NCBI GenBank assembly: GCA_040954595.2
Contig: CM082593.2
Location: forward strand, 3,675,434 to 3,739,433
Length of the DNA: 64,000 nt
Source: Balanoglossus misakiensis
Lineage: Eukaryota > Animalia > Hemichordata
Direction of reading: 5' to 3'
Shown: positions 36,201 to 49,393 of the stretch, piece by piece
Position numbering within the stretch: the first letter of the stretch is position 1
Layout: every line of letters starts with the position of its first letter
Made by a program: the position numbers and the translations under genes
Notes under the pieces: model-generated
Database searches by the model: none
Seen by the model: the letters and a program-made list of their open reading frames with translations, nothing else
Told to the model about the DNA's origin: nothing

Positions 36201-39200
36201 CATACACGGCTAGATCTTCAAACAGGTGAGTGCTTATGCTGACAATATAGCCATGGAGAATGGGTGCAGGTCGACCGCAAGAAATTCCTGTCAGGAAGAG
36301 GCATAGAAATTCTGCATTTGGCCCTTTGAATACCTTATTTTTTGCTATCAAAATGTGCTGCAACATTTTTTTTCATTTTCAGAAAATTTTCCTCATTTTC
36401 CCATTAATTCTTGACCAAGCGGAAAATTTGCTGTTGTCTGCAGGTCTTGATAAAAAAAAAATGTAAAGCTTTGATATCAATTTGGTGAGAAATGACAAGT
36501 TGATGTTCTGTATAAGAATATGAGATGGTCCAAGGCATTTTAGAATCAAGGCATTCCAAACATGACATTACAGTGAACTAGACTAAAAGTATGCAAAATA
36601 CTGGCACATACTGCGGCATCTTGGTGGTCGGGTGTTGCCATGGAAATCCCAATGTCCGCAGAAGTCACAGGTGACACTGTCGTAATCTGGATCGTCTAGT
36701 ACAAAGCCTGGTGCACAACTGAATTGGACTGTGACTCCATAGGCTGTATTGGTTGTGTCAATGACAGTGCCCTCTTCCAAGTCAAGAGCTGGGCAATCTG
36801 TTGATAATGACAGGAGAAAATACACAGAGGATGATATAGAACACTTGGGCAGATCGATCAATTAATCAATTAACAAGCATTGAGAAATATTCCTCACCTC
36901 GTGAGTATCTAGCTTTGAAACCGTCTCCTTGCTTGTTGTTATTGCTGTAAAACTTGACGAAAAGATGACCCTCTGCGGACCTGACAGTCGCTGGTTTAAT
37001 GTCACCGTCTGCACCTCCAGTGTGTTGATCGATCAGAACCTCATCATCTTCTTCAACGTTATTGTAAACCTGAAATATTTGGATAAAGTCAAAAATGGAC
37101 ACTGAAGCAGCAGAGGAAATTGGTAATTATTGTTCTTTACTTGCCGGACACACGAATACCGGTACACCAAGTTTGTAACTTACACTAATGTAGTCATTCT
37201 CCTTCCTCTCCTCCAGCTGGAAGTCGTCGAAGGACAGCGTCATTCCGGACTCATCCGGATCTGTGATGATCCAGGTGCACAACAGCCGGTTTCTGTATTG
37301 GTTGATGGGATAACCAGGTGAGGTGATGAAGCCGCATTTCTGCTCCAGCTCGATACCCCTGCAGCCTGCGGAACATGACGAAAAATGTGGAATTTGCAAT
37401 CAGAAATGAAGATGATTTGTGGTGAGAAAGATTCTTAAAGCCCCATGAGCTGCCACTTTTTGCATTTCTGTATTCATCATCCATTACTGTCTGAAATTAA
37501 CCCAAATTGTCATGTCAGTCACATTTTTTTCAGAAATAAGGAGAGAATGTGTAAAAGAACACTTTTCCTTAAAATTTAACTTTTACCTGATTTGAAGGAG
37601 AACAAAAACCCTTCGTCGTTCTCGGTAGCATCCGAATGGAATCGTACGGCCATGTGCCTCTTGGAAGAAATGAATGGCCCTGGTAAGTAGTCGTTCCATC
37701 GGTTTCCAGACAGTTCAGCGATGATGTTCACGTGGGTGGAGGCTGAATTTCCATCATGGAGATTCACGTAGTCGTTGATGGGTTCGGTCGCAAAGACATC
37801 ATGGAACTGTGATCAGAATGGATAGGTATTGTAAAATTTCACATAAGTTGATATTAGAGCAATAGTCATGTGTGGGATTTCTACTGCTGGGATTTGATAA
37901 TGGGAGTTTTTATGTTGTCATTGTTGTTACAAAAGCTACAAGTTATATGGCAGGTGGGATTTGAAAACATGGTGACTAGAATCTGTATCATATTATAATT
38001 ATGATAATGAAATTCCAAAGTAAAAAGTCTTCATGCAAATAATGCGATGGATTTTAACAATTTGTACAAAAAAGCAAAACACACACAAAGGTGCCAAAAC
38101 TGGGGCTTTAAATCGCATGGAGGTGTAGCTACTGGGGCTTTAAATTGTCACTGACCTGCAGAGTGACCACGGTGTCATCAAAGCACACATCAGGGTCACC
38201 GTTACGGGGGCTGTCGTCATCGCAGTGCGAAGGTCGGTCAAACTTCAAATGCCAGACGCAGTCCTCCTCGTGGGGGTAGTGTTCGTAATCCATGAATCCT
38301 TGGCTGTAGAATTCCTGGGGCTCCAAGGAAGTCAGGAAGGTTCCACCACACTGGGCTTGAACTGCAACAAAAATGATCAGAATAGATGAAGCCAAAGTAA
38401 GTTAATTCTTGTCTTGAAGTGACACCAAGTGTTTGCTATTCCTTTATCAAACATGTTCCACAGCATTCTATTGATTTTGTCATTGATATATAATTCAATA
38501 GACTTAGGGTTCAAAACTATACATCTATGTACATAGAAATCCATAGAAGTTCTACAAACTTCCATAGAAATTTTGTAGACTATGGAATTTTCATCAAATA
38601 TCTACTCCAATTACATAATTAGGGAAGGCATGATGTGATGTCATTAAAATTGCTTGATAACAGAACCCTATTGACTTACGTGTGTGCCATTCAATTTTGA
38701 ATCCGTTGTACAGTCCGTCAGTGCTACCATCCGTTTCAAACGTCACAATGACCAGGTGATTGAAAGAAGTGAATACATGTTCTTCATCGCTCCAACCTGA
38801 CGCCTCTGTAAGCACCATGTCGTCCAGAGTTCCACCATTGTATATTGTCACCCAGTCATAATTCAACTCCAAATCCAAGTCCGTTAGCTGGAAAAAAAAA
38901 TCATTGTCAGAACTAGGAAAAAACAGTTGGATCGTAAGTTTGTAGTCTGTGTTTCAAATAAACTGACAGACAACTGCATTGGTTATCTTGGTGTTGCATA
39001 ACGTAGTGACTCATGTTTGTGAAACTCATACATTGTGTATTTTCAATCAAAATTGGCTAAAATTGACCGATGAACCAGAGTCATTGAGTCAGGGTTGGTT
39101 AAGTCTGTATAACAAAATTGTCACAAATATCGTCTTGAAACTTTTGGGAGCGAAGACAATATTCCGTCACTTACCTCCAACACAACTCTGGATCCCACTG

Positions 39201-42200
39201 GTGCCTTGATGTACCACTCACAGAACGCATTATCCGGATAACCTCCTTCAAATCCAGGACTTGTGATAACTCCAGACGTGCCCTCTTGAATTCCACCACA
39301 TGCTTCTGCAAATTTTGAGATTTTAACAGAACAAGTTCAAAGTGGGATGTTTGTTTTTTCTAAAACTATAGAAATTACCATCATGACAATTATACTGTTA
39401 CGAAAATTAATGATATTACTATGTATACCAATGGGTTTGGACTGAACCATGGTGGAGAAAGGTTTGAGAAGCAATGACTTTTTGGGGGACTGTTCTCACC
39501 TGAGCATCCTAACTCATCGGATCCATCGGAACAATCTCTGTCTCCATCACAGATGAAAGACGATGGAACACACTCGGCACCATTACCGCAACGGTAATAG
39601 CCTGAAAGAAAACCAATGACATGTTATACTTTGTTTCTGTTGATCGAAACTATATATTGCACAAGTCTGCACGACCGACAAAACTGCATGGGTTATATGT
39701 TTGTAACCACCGACCTGAGAGACATGATGGTATCTCGCAGATGAAGGACCTGGGGTCATCGCAGTTCCCAAAGTACCAGTCGGGGTTGATGGACAACGAG
39801 AGGTAGGCACAGTCTCCCAAGATGTCGTTGAATGCAGACGACGCCCACTGCCCTTCCATAATGTTGGCCTCCATGCCGTTTGCGTACACGAAACTGCCAT
39901 CATTCCCTTTGAAACCTGGGAGAAAAAGATATAAAATGGAATTGTCAATGGGATATGTAATATTGAAAAAAAGCTACATGTTCCCTTTTTTGAGTTCAAC
40001 CTTCTAAATTCAACCCTACCATTCAATTCATGCACCCATACTCATCCAAGAACAAAGTGAAAAGTTGAACATTATGTCTATTGATGTAAACAGTGAACAA
40101 TCTGCACAAACCAACAAAAATACCAGGATTTGAGGTCTGTGAGGGTCATAAGAGTGGCCCAATAATTTTTTTTTTAAATTGTTGAAACACAGAACTACAG
40201 ATAAAATAATATGCTACTCACCAATCCAAAGTGAGGAGTCTCCCAGAGTCACAACAGTGGCAGCGTACACAGCTATTTCAAGATTTGCAGCAAAACTGTC
40301 TATATTTGCCAAGTATCCTCCATAGCTGTCATTTAATGCAAGAAAAAAAGAAAAATATAAAGTTTATTCAATAAATTGTGATAGCTACTCAAAAAAAATT
40401 GTGAAAATTTTACCAAACGTTACATATATGTAGCTCTAACCAATTACCTTGCACACGTCACGTTGGCTGCATGCCAAGATGAAGTAAAGGAAAAATATTT
40501 CACACACTTGCTGCCTACAAGAACCCAACCTGCAGAAACAGAACATATCAACAGTTATGTCTGATATACTAGGTCTAATATGACAATTCAAAACAAAACA
40601 AACCAGAGTATGGAATATGAATATGTTAAAACAGGTATAAATAATGTGCCACAAAAAGTTCATACGTGTACTTTTCAATGTCTGTGGGTCCAAGCCATTT
40701 CTGAACATTTTTTAATTTATCATGACTTACCATCAGGGCAAGTAAGGGTTATTGTTGTTGACACGGTGAGCTCAGAGTAACCAAACGACACAGAGAACTG
40801 TAGATACAAAAGCAAACAAGAAGAGAGACATAAGTCAGATAAAATGTATGTAACTTCATAATACAGGCAGTAAAACGGCGCAGCCAAGCTCTGCCACGTG
40901 TAGTTAGCTCCCTGGCTGGGTACCCCCCCCCCCCCCCCCGACCACGCCCCCTTTCTCTATGCGTGTCCTCTCAGGCCGGGGCTGTGGATCTGGAGCAACT
41001 CTTGACGACTTAGAGAGACCACAGACCCCAGGGCAATATTTCGGTAAGTCTCACCAACCTGGTTAACCAAGCATCCGTAGCATTTTCAACCGAGACCTTC
41101 ATGGGTTTAATAAACCACGGTTACGCTGGGCGCCGCCATTTTGAAATTCCCGCAGTGAAATGAATTATGGGAGGTAAATAACCACTGTCGCTTAGATACG
41201 CCGGAGCCATGACAACCATATCCTCGTGCCAGAACTGGGTTTCGTTTTAAAATACAGCAAAACAAATCGGTGCCGTTTGGCTATTTTTATTACAACATCA
41301 TTCTTCTCAACCACAATATCGCTCACACACACAAACCGTAACCGTGAGAGCATAGTAGTGACGGATTAGTGAACGAAAAAGGGCGTTGTTGCATTAAGGC
41401 CCAGAACTGGATTAATCCGCAGAAACATCGCCTGTGACCAGGTGAATGATTCAGTTTGCAAAAGACCTTGGCAAAAGACTAATTTCGACCATGAAAACAC
41501 GACAGCATCAACTCTGTTGATTTTGACCTTTGTAAATTTGCACGTATTTACAACTCAAGTTCAGGATTGGAGCGGCCACACCCTGTCAAGGTTATGGGTG
41601 GTCCTTTTGAATTTTTCCCAGGGATCTGAACGATTGAGACAAAGCGGATTTTCATCCAGCTTCCCCGCCAATTATTTTATACCTAGTGAAAATTGATGTA
41701 TTTTGTTGGCGCCGCTTTTTTCTTGTAATAACGAGTAAAATTTGTTTGAATGAATAAAACAAAACTTTTTACCATCATGATGTATGCAAGATCATGAACA
41801 AGAAATCAGTCGAGACGATAATTTATATTTTAAGTGTGTCTGAGTGGCCCCCTCCTCCGCCTTCGGTCGCTGAACCCATACGGCGTTTCGCAGCAAAGTT
41901 AACCCTTAGCAACACGTACGCATACGTATATTCCCTATGGGCTCTCGAACCAGTTCATAAACATGGGCGTATCCGACTTGCACGACAAAAAAGTGCCCAT
42001 TGTTGATTTATCCGTTGTTTGTCCTTCAAGTCGCATACGACCTAGACTGTGTTCAAGTGGTCAAGCTTTTGTATTCAAGTTTTCTTTGGCCATGAGCTAG
42101 TGCGGGACTTGACATTGGAACGCTTTCAGTCTTAAAAGAGGTGAACTTTTGTCAATGTTTCGAAGAAAACGTGAACCGGTGTTGTGATCAAACATTAAGT

Positions 42201-45156
42201 GTCAATTTTCCATTTGAAGTGATTTTTAAGACTTTTTTTTCATCGCGAATATTACCTTAATCATGAAATGACGACGGTTGATCTGAAAAACTTTAAGCTT
42301 ATATCATCGGGCTCTCAGACAGTTACTCCATGGGCATTTCCCATCGGATATTTACCCTAACCCCAATCCCAACAGTACGAAATGATGGACCAGAAGTCTT
42401 CAAAATGGTTAAGAAAAAGTTGCAATTGAATGCCATAATGACAGAGAAGGAAAATCACATGCAAGTGTTGCCCAACAAACCCATTTACATGGGTTTACAC
42501 GGTTTATACAGCTGTGCCAGTGTTAGTTTAGGAATGTAAACGGGCCGTTGTGATGTGAACCAGAGAACGGGGTTGGCATATTTGATTTGCCTCCTAGCAA
42601 TGAAAATACTCCTTATGAAACGCCTTTGACTGCAACGACACATTTCGACACCATAGCAAGGTTACATTACAGTAAGTAGAGCGTGACAAAATGAAGTCGG
42701 CGACTAAAGCATGAACACAGTTGGAAAAGACAGCAACTTCCACCGGAAAGCAAAGCACGTCTATATCTCCCACTAGTCGGTTGCAGAATCTCTCTGCTTG
42801 ACAGCCGTGGCCCTAGAACACACAAATCAATTTAAGAAACTGGCCACGATCACGAATGTTCAAACAGCCGGGGAAGCTAACAACCTTTTTTCCCGACCAA
42901 AACTCGTAAACCTCATTTTAACTCAGTCTATGCCTTCATTTCACGAAGTGTTTTTCTCTCTACTTGACTGAGCTCAAATAAAAAGACGTTTATGATCCAC
43001 CTCTCAAAAGAGATTACTTATACAACAGGAGGGAGTTTCCCATCTATAAATCAATATTACACCCGAAAACTTTATTGGGCACTATAACAAACAATTCACA
43101 ACTTTGGATACGCGACGCCGTCACAAATTTCCCGTCTGCACCTTAAAAAAAATCCACGATCCATCATAGTCATTTTCATGCGGCGTGACTATTTTCTGCA
43201 TGTGTCCGTTGACCCCTTTGATTTCTACACGCGTGTTTTGTACATAGCAACAAGGCTGACATCCTATTATAATGTATTACATCGCAACAGCTTACTCTAG
43301 GTGTCGCCCAATCCAATACAATGCTCGGACATAATAAAAGCAAGCTTTGTGTGCATGTGGGCACTATTATTCCCTTGTCTTTGTGACCTCAGATGACATC
43401 AGCAGCAGCTATGTCTGCAATATTAACGAGAAGCCCGCTCAACCTTGAAGAAAAAGGTCGTTTGCCCTGGGCTTTCACAATCGCGGGAAGTCCCGCTTTT
43501 ATGGCTTAGCCCATAGATACCAGGGGAAAACGGGACTGGGTATCTATGCCTAGCCACGAATATGAAACTTTAAATCACAATCCTTCCTACACTACCTTTT
43601 TAAGTCAACCTGCACACTGAGAAATCACAGGTATCACATATTCCTGCTTTCTGGAAGATCTGTACACGTCAAGAAAGTCGTTAGACAAAAGTGTCATTGC
43701 CATGGCCGACGTCAATGAATGTATATTGAATACCCTCTTCTTATCTGTTTCTAACTGAAATGTATTGCATGTCGGGACATGGTTTCCGACAGTATTCTGA
43801 AAAACCAATTCAACAAAAATTCTTATACGTAATTCTGGCAAAACAGTTGTAAAAGTTGAAGGATCGTTGGAAGCGATAAAGTTGTCTTATTCGCTGAAGT
43901 CGATATGACAATTATCGTTGTTTAGGGTCCGCCGAATATATTTCCACGTTGGGGCGCGTTGAGAGTAAAGTTAATGCTAGTGGGCACAAGTACGTCCAGA
44001 ACGGATCGATGGTGTCGAGATGGATAGGGTATTTTTCGATTAAGGTGCAATGAACCATGGCGAAAACAGCTGTTCACCTTGGTTTATTACCTTCGCCCGA
44101 CTGGGGCTCAACTTCTAGACAAAGTAGAACACGGTCCACACAGTTAAAACGAAGGAGAAGACATTCTGTTCTGCATGTTTCAAAATGCAGTTTGCAGTTT
44201 CCGCGAAGGAAATGGGATGAAAGACGAATCTAACACTCGGCACTTTCGCCTTATATAAGCGAGTGATATTCCCCATATAAGATTTAACTCATGTATTCTA
44301 TTTTAAAGTCGCCTAAATAAGAAGCAACTGTTGTAACATTGCTTTATATGGACGTGTGACCACGGCATACGAATTTGTAGTGCAAGACTGACGCAAGATG
44401 AGCTTCGCTGAAACGTTGAGGGCAAACGTTCAACCAGAAGATGATGGTTGGAGTAGCTGACGTGAGTAGGAATGTGAGAGAGCCTAGCCTACCAGTAAAG
44501 TAAACTTTTATTAGGTAATAACGCAGAGTTAGAAGACGCCCACACTGAGTTTCCGCTTTCATCTGTGATCAAAACTTGAAAAGTGGTCTTTTTATGTTCA
44601 GGCGTAGCCCAGGACTCGTGAATGAATGATAAGTGGCCTGTAAGGTCGACGAGATCTGATTTGTCACCATGAAGTGCGTTTAGACCACAGTCTACTCGAG
44701 AAAAAAACAAGTTTTGCTCGAGTATCTCTTTGCAAACAGCTCAGATGTAACATACGAGATTATAGGTCTGTGTCAACAGAAGTTGGGCTACTTTCATTTA
44801 ATTTCGAGTCAAAACACAGCTAATGGATGGATACAGGACAAAGGAACTTTTCCATTGCGTTTGGTGTGTTTTGATATGAAATTAAACGAATGTGGAGCGA
44901 CTTCTGTTTGCACAGACCAAAGAAAAAGGTGTCTTAGTCATGAATCAACAGGTGGGCATATCTACAGAACACGCTTGCATTAAGATAATGAACTTTGCAA
45001 ACTAATGCATATCTAAGGCAAAAAATTGTTGTACCAAGTAACACACACAATATACGTAAAAACTGTGTTACTTTAAATTCTTACCGAGTCAGCTGCTTGG
45101 ACCCCGATGAACAGCACCAGGCAGGCTGCAACCACTGCGCAGCCCAGCCGCTGCAT
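18401..45156 (-). CDS. uif: Uninflatable-like giant type I transmembrane protein, paralog A (about 4,318 aa, 55 coding exons)
   Basis: Exons traced with GT-AG boundaries and consistent phases (total 12,957 nt, divisible by 3): 45085-45156, 40731-40797, 40448-40529, 40222-40325, 39715-39915, 39500-39601, 39175-39305, 38680-38887, 38156-38361, 37587-37806, 37184-37365, 36898-37069, 36612-36797, 36111-36287, 35845-36021, 35487-35672, 35119-35247, 34821-35015, 34454-34663, 34112-34312, 33811-33984, 33461-33637, 30815-33331, 30386-30631, 29877-30089, 29520-29719, 28103-29359, 27602-27851, 27292-27447, 27023-27172, 26749-26910, 26524-26620, 26030-26400, 25678-25881, 25360-25514, 24957-25150, 24681-24805, 24217-24471, 23743-23914, 23327-23509, 22858-23138, 22457-22693, 22121-22321, 21684-21972, 21375-21538, 21073-21234, 20749-20904, 20441-20602, 20093-20254, 19862-19894, 19601-19714, 19297-19419, 19067-19169, 18583-18871, 18401-18415. 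The order CTL-LDLa-CUBx3-sushi/EGF-HYR-GCC-EGFn-LamG-HYR-GCC-EGF-TM matches Drosophila Uif. The symbol means family-level similarity; orthology is untested. Confidence 0.9.
21375..23914 (-). CDS. Paralog A pentraxin/laminin-G-like domain, HYR, sushi-like domain and furin-site module
   Basis: DLYF...YTFMFWIRY...[13 protein letters not shown]...YIDG...[14 protein letters not shown]; [12 protein letters not shown]...[11 protein letters not shown]; GTLRRKRQ. Confidence 0.9.
24217..27447 (-). CDS. Paralog A three GCC2/ephrin-receptor-like Cys repeats and an array of about 12 Notch-type EGF repeats
   Basis: [19 protein letters not shown]-type units, then (D/N)(D/E)C-x-S-x-PC-x-NGGTC-x-D...Y-x-C-x-C-x-x-GY-x-G-x-x-C units. 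Confidence 0.95.
28103..29359 (-). CDS. Paralog A 1,257-nt Ser/Arg/Gly/Asn-rich low-complexity exon with CxC motifs
   Basis: Acceptor ttcttgttatatttag at 29360 and donor AGA|GTGAGT at 28103, phase 0-0, 419 open codons ([13 protein letters not shown]...[10 protein letters not shown]), in frame with both neighbouring exons. Confidence 0.85.
29171..29320 (-). repeat. Coding minisatellite: 9-nt (Ser-Arg-Asn)n and 18-nt (SRESTG)n
   Basis: AG(T/C) (C/A)G(N) AAT units repeated about 9 times, with only synonymous differences. Confidence 0.9.
30815..33331 (-). CDS. Paralog A 2,517-nt exon: twin furin-type sites, unrecognised acidic repeat domains, and the C-terminal strand of sushi 8
   Basis: Acceptor acaacacag at 33332 and donor G|GTAAGA at 30815, phase 1-1, 839 open codons. 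Starts [25 protein letters not shown] and ends [13 protein letters not shown]. Confidence 0.9.
33461..36797 (-). CDS. Paralog A sushi/CCP x4, Ca-binding EGF x2, sushi x4 (10 phase 1-1 exons)
   Basis: C-x-x-P...Y-x-C-x-x-G-Y...C...W...P-x-C patterns; DIDEC at the start of exons 35119-35247 and 34821-35015. Confidence 0.93.
35275..35411. repeat. Intronic direct duplication, about 60 bp x2
   Basis: tcatgagacttcata...tgcataggctttatc.cttaaa.cattctatagatatct occurs twice. Confidence 0.85.
36898..39305 (-). CDS. Paralog A three CUB domains (6 exons)
   Basis: CGG...ITSPGF...[11 protein letters not shown]...FETDGS...GFKIEW; CGGTFL...CVWHL...[12 protein letters not shown]; CRG...ITSPGYP...CTWII...[17 protein letters not shown]. 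Confidence 0.93.
39500..40797 (-). CDS. Paralog A C-type lectin domain and LDL-receptor class A repeat (5 exons)
   Basis: [40 protein letters not shown]...LWIG...GDCAYL...[15 protein letters not shown], then [36 protein letters not shown]. Confidence 0.93.
45085..45156 (-). CDS. Paralog A first coding exon: signal peptide
   Basis: Encodes [24 protein letters not shown], followed by donor TCG|GTAAGA. Phase 0 matches the acceptor at 40797. It is separated from that exon by a 4.3-kb intron. Confidence 0.75.
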
Positions 45157-46057
45157 TTTCGAAGTTTAAATTTGCTGAACGACCTTTCCAATTTGGCGAA
45201 AGTGAAAACTTTCTTCTCAGATAAGGTCAAGCACGGTCAAGCGTCAGATTTCGGGATGTGTGACTCCCAGAACGGAGGCAACGATCGGTAATGGAATCCC
45301 AGCGACTTTTTTCTCTGATGCTGGTGTGCGTCGCGTTTAAACCCGAAGTGCCGTGGATAAGGTGACCTCATTCAGGTATAAGTTTGAAAGTTGAGCATGG
45401 AAACAGTCTTGGACCTAGTCGATTCCACCAAGGGGGAGTGGGTTATCACAGAGGAGCCAATTTGGTAGTTTAGAAAGTCCCCTTTGTTATAACTGTGCGA
45501 TACAAATACAATTTACACTTAATCTTTAATTAAATGCAGTAATCTATGGTAACTATCTCATTATCTTAACGTATAAAATAATAAGATGCTCATCAGACAC
45601 CTGTAAGTAATGGTGTGATCCAAATCCCAATGCACACAACTCTGAATTGCCAGGCCATAGAAAGTTTTCTAAAGAATTGGGTGTAGGCCCCTAAACACGC
45701 TGAAAGCAAAGATACCACTCTACGTCACTGATGGGTGGGATTGACAAAGTCCTTGAGACTGAAGGTGAAAATTGGCAGGCGATGGTATCTGAACAAAATG
45801 TCATTGAAATTGTTCAGCGTGCATAGAACCTGTTTTGTTTTATTCTAAACATCAACACTACGCCCAGCTTATTGTAAACAGCGCCGCCTATTCTTGCGTG
45901 AATTGATTTTGCATGTGAACATGAAAAGAAGTGTCTTTTACTGGGATCCAGGTACACGAACATACTACTAGGCAAAATAAAAAGCGAATTTTTGATTCTG
46001 TTGGCACATATTGCAACAGCCCAACAATTTTCAAGTATGGCTAGGTGGAAAGTGTTT

Positions 46058-46139
46058 GTACGTACGTACGTACGTACGTACGTTCATGCATACGTACGTA
46101 CATACATACATTCATACATACATACATACATACATACAT
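46058..46139. repeat. (TACG)n/(TACA)n microsatellite
   Basis: Directly visible. Confidence 0.95.
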
Positions 46140-47319
46140 GATAAATGTACTTATACATCAGATTTAAGTTTGAATACTCATTTATTTGCCGTTTTATCTA
46201 GCTTAACTTTATATACAATAAATAAGCTGCCTTTTACACAAGAATATGATAATAAAAATAGAGCTCTGTAAATTACATGCACTACAAAGAAAATTTGTAC
46301 CGTGGTACGAAACATGATATTAGTTTCTTTGTAATGGTGAGTTAAAATCCGATATTTTGTGGTTTCTGGAATGGAAACAATATAATTATCTTACAGAGCT
46401 CAACAGAACAGATGATCAAGTTTCCACTTTTCACTGCCTTAAATCAATTTTACTTCGGACTAGGGGGTCAAATCACATTGTAATAATTGAATTGAAGAAA
46501 TGTGATGGAAATTGTCACACACTTGACTATAGTTTGGCGCATACACTTATCGGAAGTGGAACAGTGAAGAACAAATTTATCTGATTAAGCTCATAAAATG
46601 ATTAAATACCCTCATAATGATTTGAAATGTCGATCAACTCAAACAATCATAATGCAAATGCTTTGATATAATGAATGATTCTATTGGTTATGCGCATTTT
46701 CAATATTTATGATATGGTAATTATGCAAATTAAAAAACACCTATAGAATTTCTGGTCTGGACAAGTAAATTTTCTTAAATTTTATGACAATCAGCTGCAG
46801 ATATCACATATTTCAGTGATTTTTATTTTGATTTGGCTCGAAATTATTATGAAAAAATTCTTTTGTAAATACCAAAAGATGGCGATTTTCGATCCCAGAA
46901 ATGTATTAAATGTATGACTTTGTCATGAATCTCTGAATGTTATCTGAAAACTTTGTCAAAAATGCAAATAATACTGGCATTTGACAATTCTTACACTTTC
47001 ATGATTAATTGCAAGACTAAACTAAACATATTCACAAATGATTTTAACATAAAGGGTTAGTTCACACACGTGTAATGTATCAATAAGCGGTGTGGGCCGC
47101 TCAACCATTGGTATATATAAAGCCAATTGTACCTAAATTTCAAGCAGAGCTGACAGACAAGCAGACATACAAAAATTGACTGACATAAATTTTTAGTTGC
47201 GAAAAAAGTACAATTTTCAAAATGGACTCCCTTCTGATCTATTCAAAAAATACTGTATACCATCTGCCTCTGAGTGACTTGCTACACAGACAGATCTAAA
47301 CTCCAATATTTAGCCTGGT

Positions 47320-47588
47320 AAACACACAGAAACTTGAACCAAAAAAGGTGTGAAATGTTAGGTTTTATCCGTTTTATAAGACTTTATCCGGTTTATGGTA
47401 ATGTTCAAAGTATTAGCTTTGGTTATCGGATCATGTCCAGAAGCCATCTTGATTGTCATAAATACACAAAGAAAATTGAACCAATAGAGGTGAAATGTTG
47501 GGTTTTATCCGTTTTTATAAGACTTTATCCGGTTTTTGTGATGTTGGAAGTATTAGCCTTGGTTATCGGATCCTGTCCAGAAGCCATC
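47320..47588. repeat. Tandem duplication, unit about 140 bp x2
   Basis: gtgaaatgtt.ggttttatccgtttt.ataagactttatccggttt...agtattagc.ttggttatcggatc.tgtccagaagccatc occurs twice. Confidence 0.9.
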
Positions 47589-49393
47589 GTTATAAATGTC
47601 ACCTAAGTGTCTACCACAGCCGGAAGGAAATATCCCTGTGCCTGCGAAAAGACATCATCGGGAATTCACGTTGGGGCCTGTAGTACGTCCCAGGCTTTAT
47701 GTGGCATGGTCCAACAGACCGTGAAGATGAATTATGTGCACGGGACTTTTAAGGGCAATATCAAACGTGACATTCGTGCACTGAGTGTATTTTTGGAAAC
47801 ACACTGTGTGTGCCCGTGCTTGCATGATATTAGCATTGGCTAAGGGAAAGCAGTAACTGTCAAACTTATATTTTACTCTTGCAGAATAAACCCTCTTCAC
47901 TGTTCCACCACCTTTCAAATATGTGCGTCTTAAAGATAGTAGGCTCTGTGTTTGTAATTTGATGTTTTCTTACATGCATTTATACACACAGAAAAACTAT
48001 CAGCAATGTTGAAATTAAAACACTGCAAACACAAGTTGGTTAAAGTCACCAGGTTACCAATCTATAGAGATTCAAAAAATTACGTTTAAGTGGTTGGCCA
48101 TGTATTAGACATGGATGTGATAATACTATTACAGGTGTACATCTTATGCTATTACAGTGCATTTATAAACACACCAAAATACAAGTAAACGATAAAGAGA
48201 AAACAGGAATAAAAATTCGAGTCAGCTGCATGTCGTGACCTTAAAACCACACTGCAAATATTGTTTATAGTTCGTAATTATCATTGTCTGTGCCATCTAA
48301 AAGTATAGACTGCATACTGCAGATGGGCTAATTTGGAGTGTCTTTGATAAGATTTGCATTATTACCCAGGAACTATTTATAAACAAAATCAACTAAAAAT
48401 ATTCACATTTCTCTTAAATTGAAATAATATTAACCACCAGAAATTTTCAGGATTTGCAAACAGTAATTTAATTCAAATACAATATGATTATAAAATGTAA
48501 CAAAATCTATATTTACTCTATTTATAAATAATAAATTATCATACTGTTTATAGTACTGAATCAGCTGTAAATGTCCGATAACATTGTAATTAAAATGATA
48601 CAGTTGATACATGTAGGTACTGAATCTAATATACTTTCATATCACAGAAAGTTGTCGAAAATATCTTTATCTAAAATTTCACTTGCTTTTATAATCACAT
48701 CCCTGAAAAGCCAGCTTTTTACATGGCTTTGGATCTGACACAAGGGTGTGTTGCGAAGATGAAAGTGCAAGTGGCAGCATTTGCTTGCTTTGATATTTGG
48801 AGATTTGCATAAGTGTGGCACCATTAGTTCGATTTAGTTTTAATACACCACAGAACTAAAATGTGTTATAGAAGAGCATATTAGAGTAATTTGCGATAAA
48901 GTCAGAGCTGCTTCTATTCTTTTTCCAGCACTTAAATCAAACCTGAGTCTTGAAAAATAAAAACTGAGTACACCTTGCAGCAAATGACATAATTGTAATT
49001 CTCTAAATAAAAAATGATTGTCAATGGCATTTGTCAAACTAATGTGTTTCAGATGTTCTGCATATAGCTTGTCTTCAATCACCAAACATAGCTTCAAAGT
49101 GACAAGTAAATATATACACACAGCAGAGAAAATAAATTATTTCATAAGAAATATTTACAAAAGAACAGCTTTAAAGAAAGGAGTAAATATAAAAATATCC
49201 GCATAGAAATTTTTCACATACTATTGCAGAGAAGGCAACATCTTTCAGGACAGATCAGGCATGCCAATAGCCATTATAATATTTCGATATATATTATATA
49301 AATTGGATAACAATATACAAATAAGATACAATCTCTTATGCTTGATTGATATTACACTTTTTGTGCTAAAATAATATGTTTTCTATCTTATTA

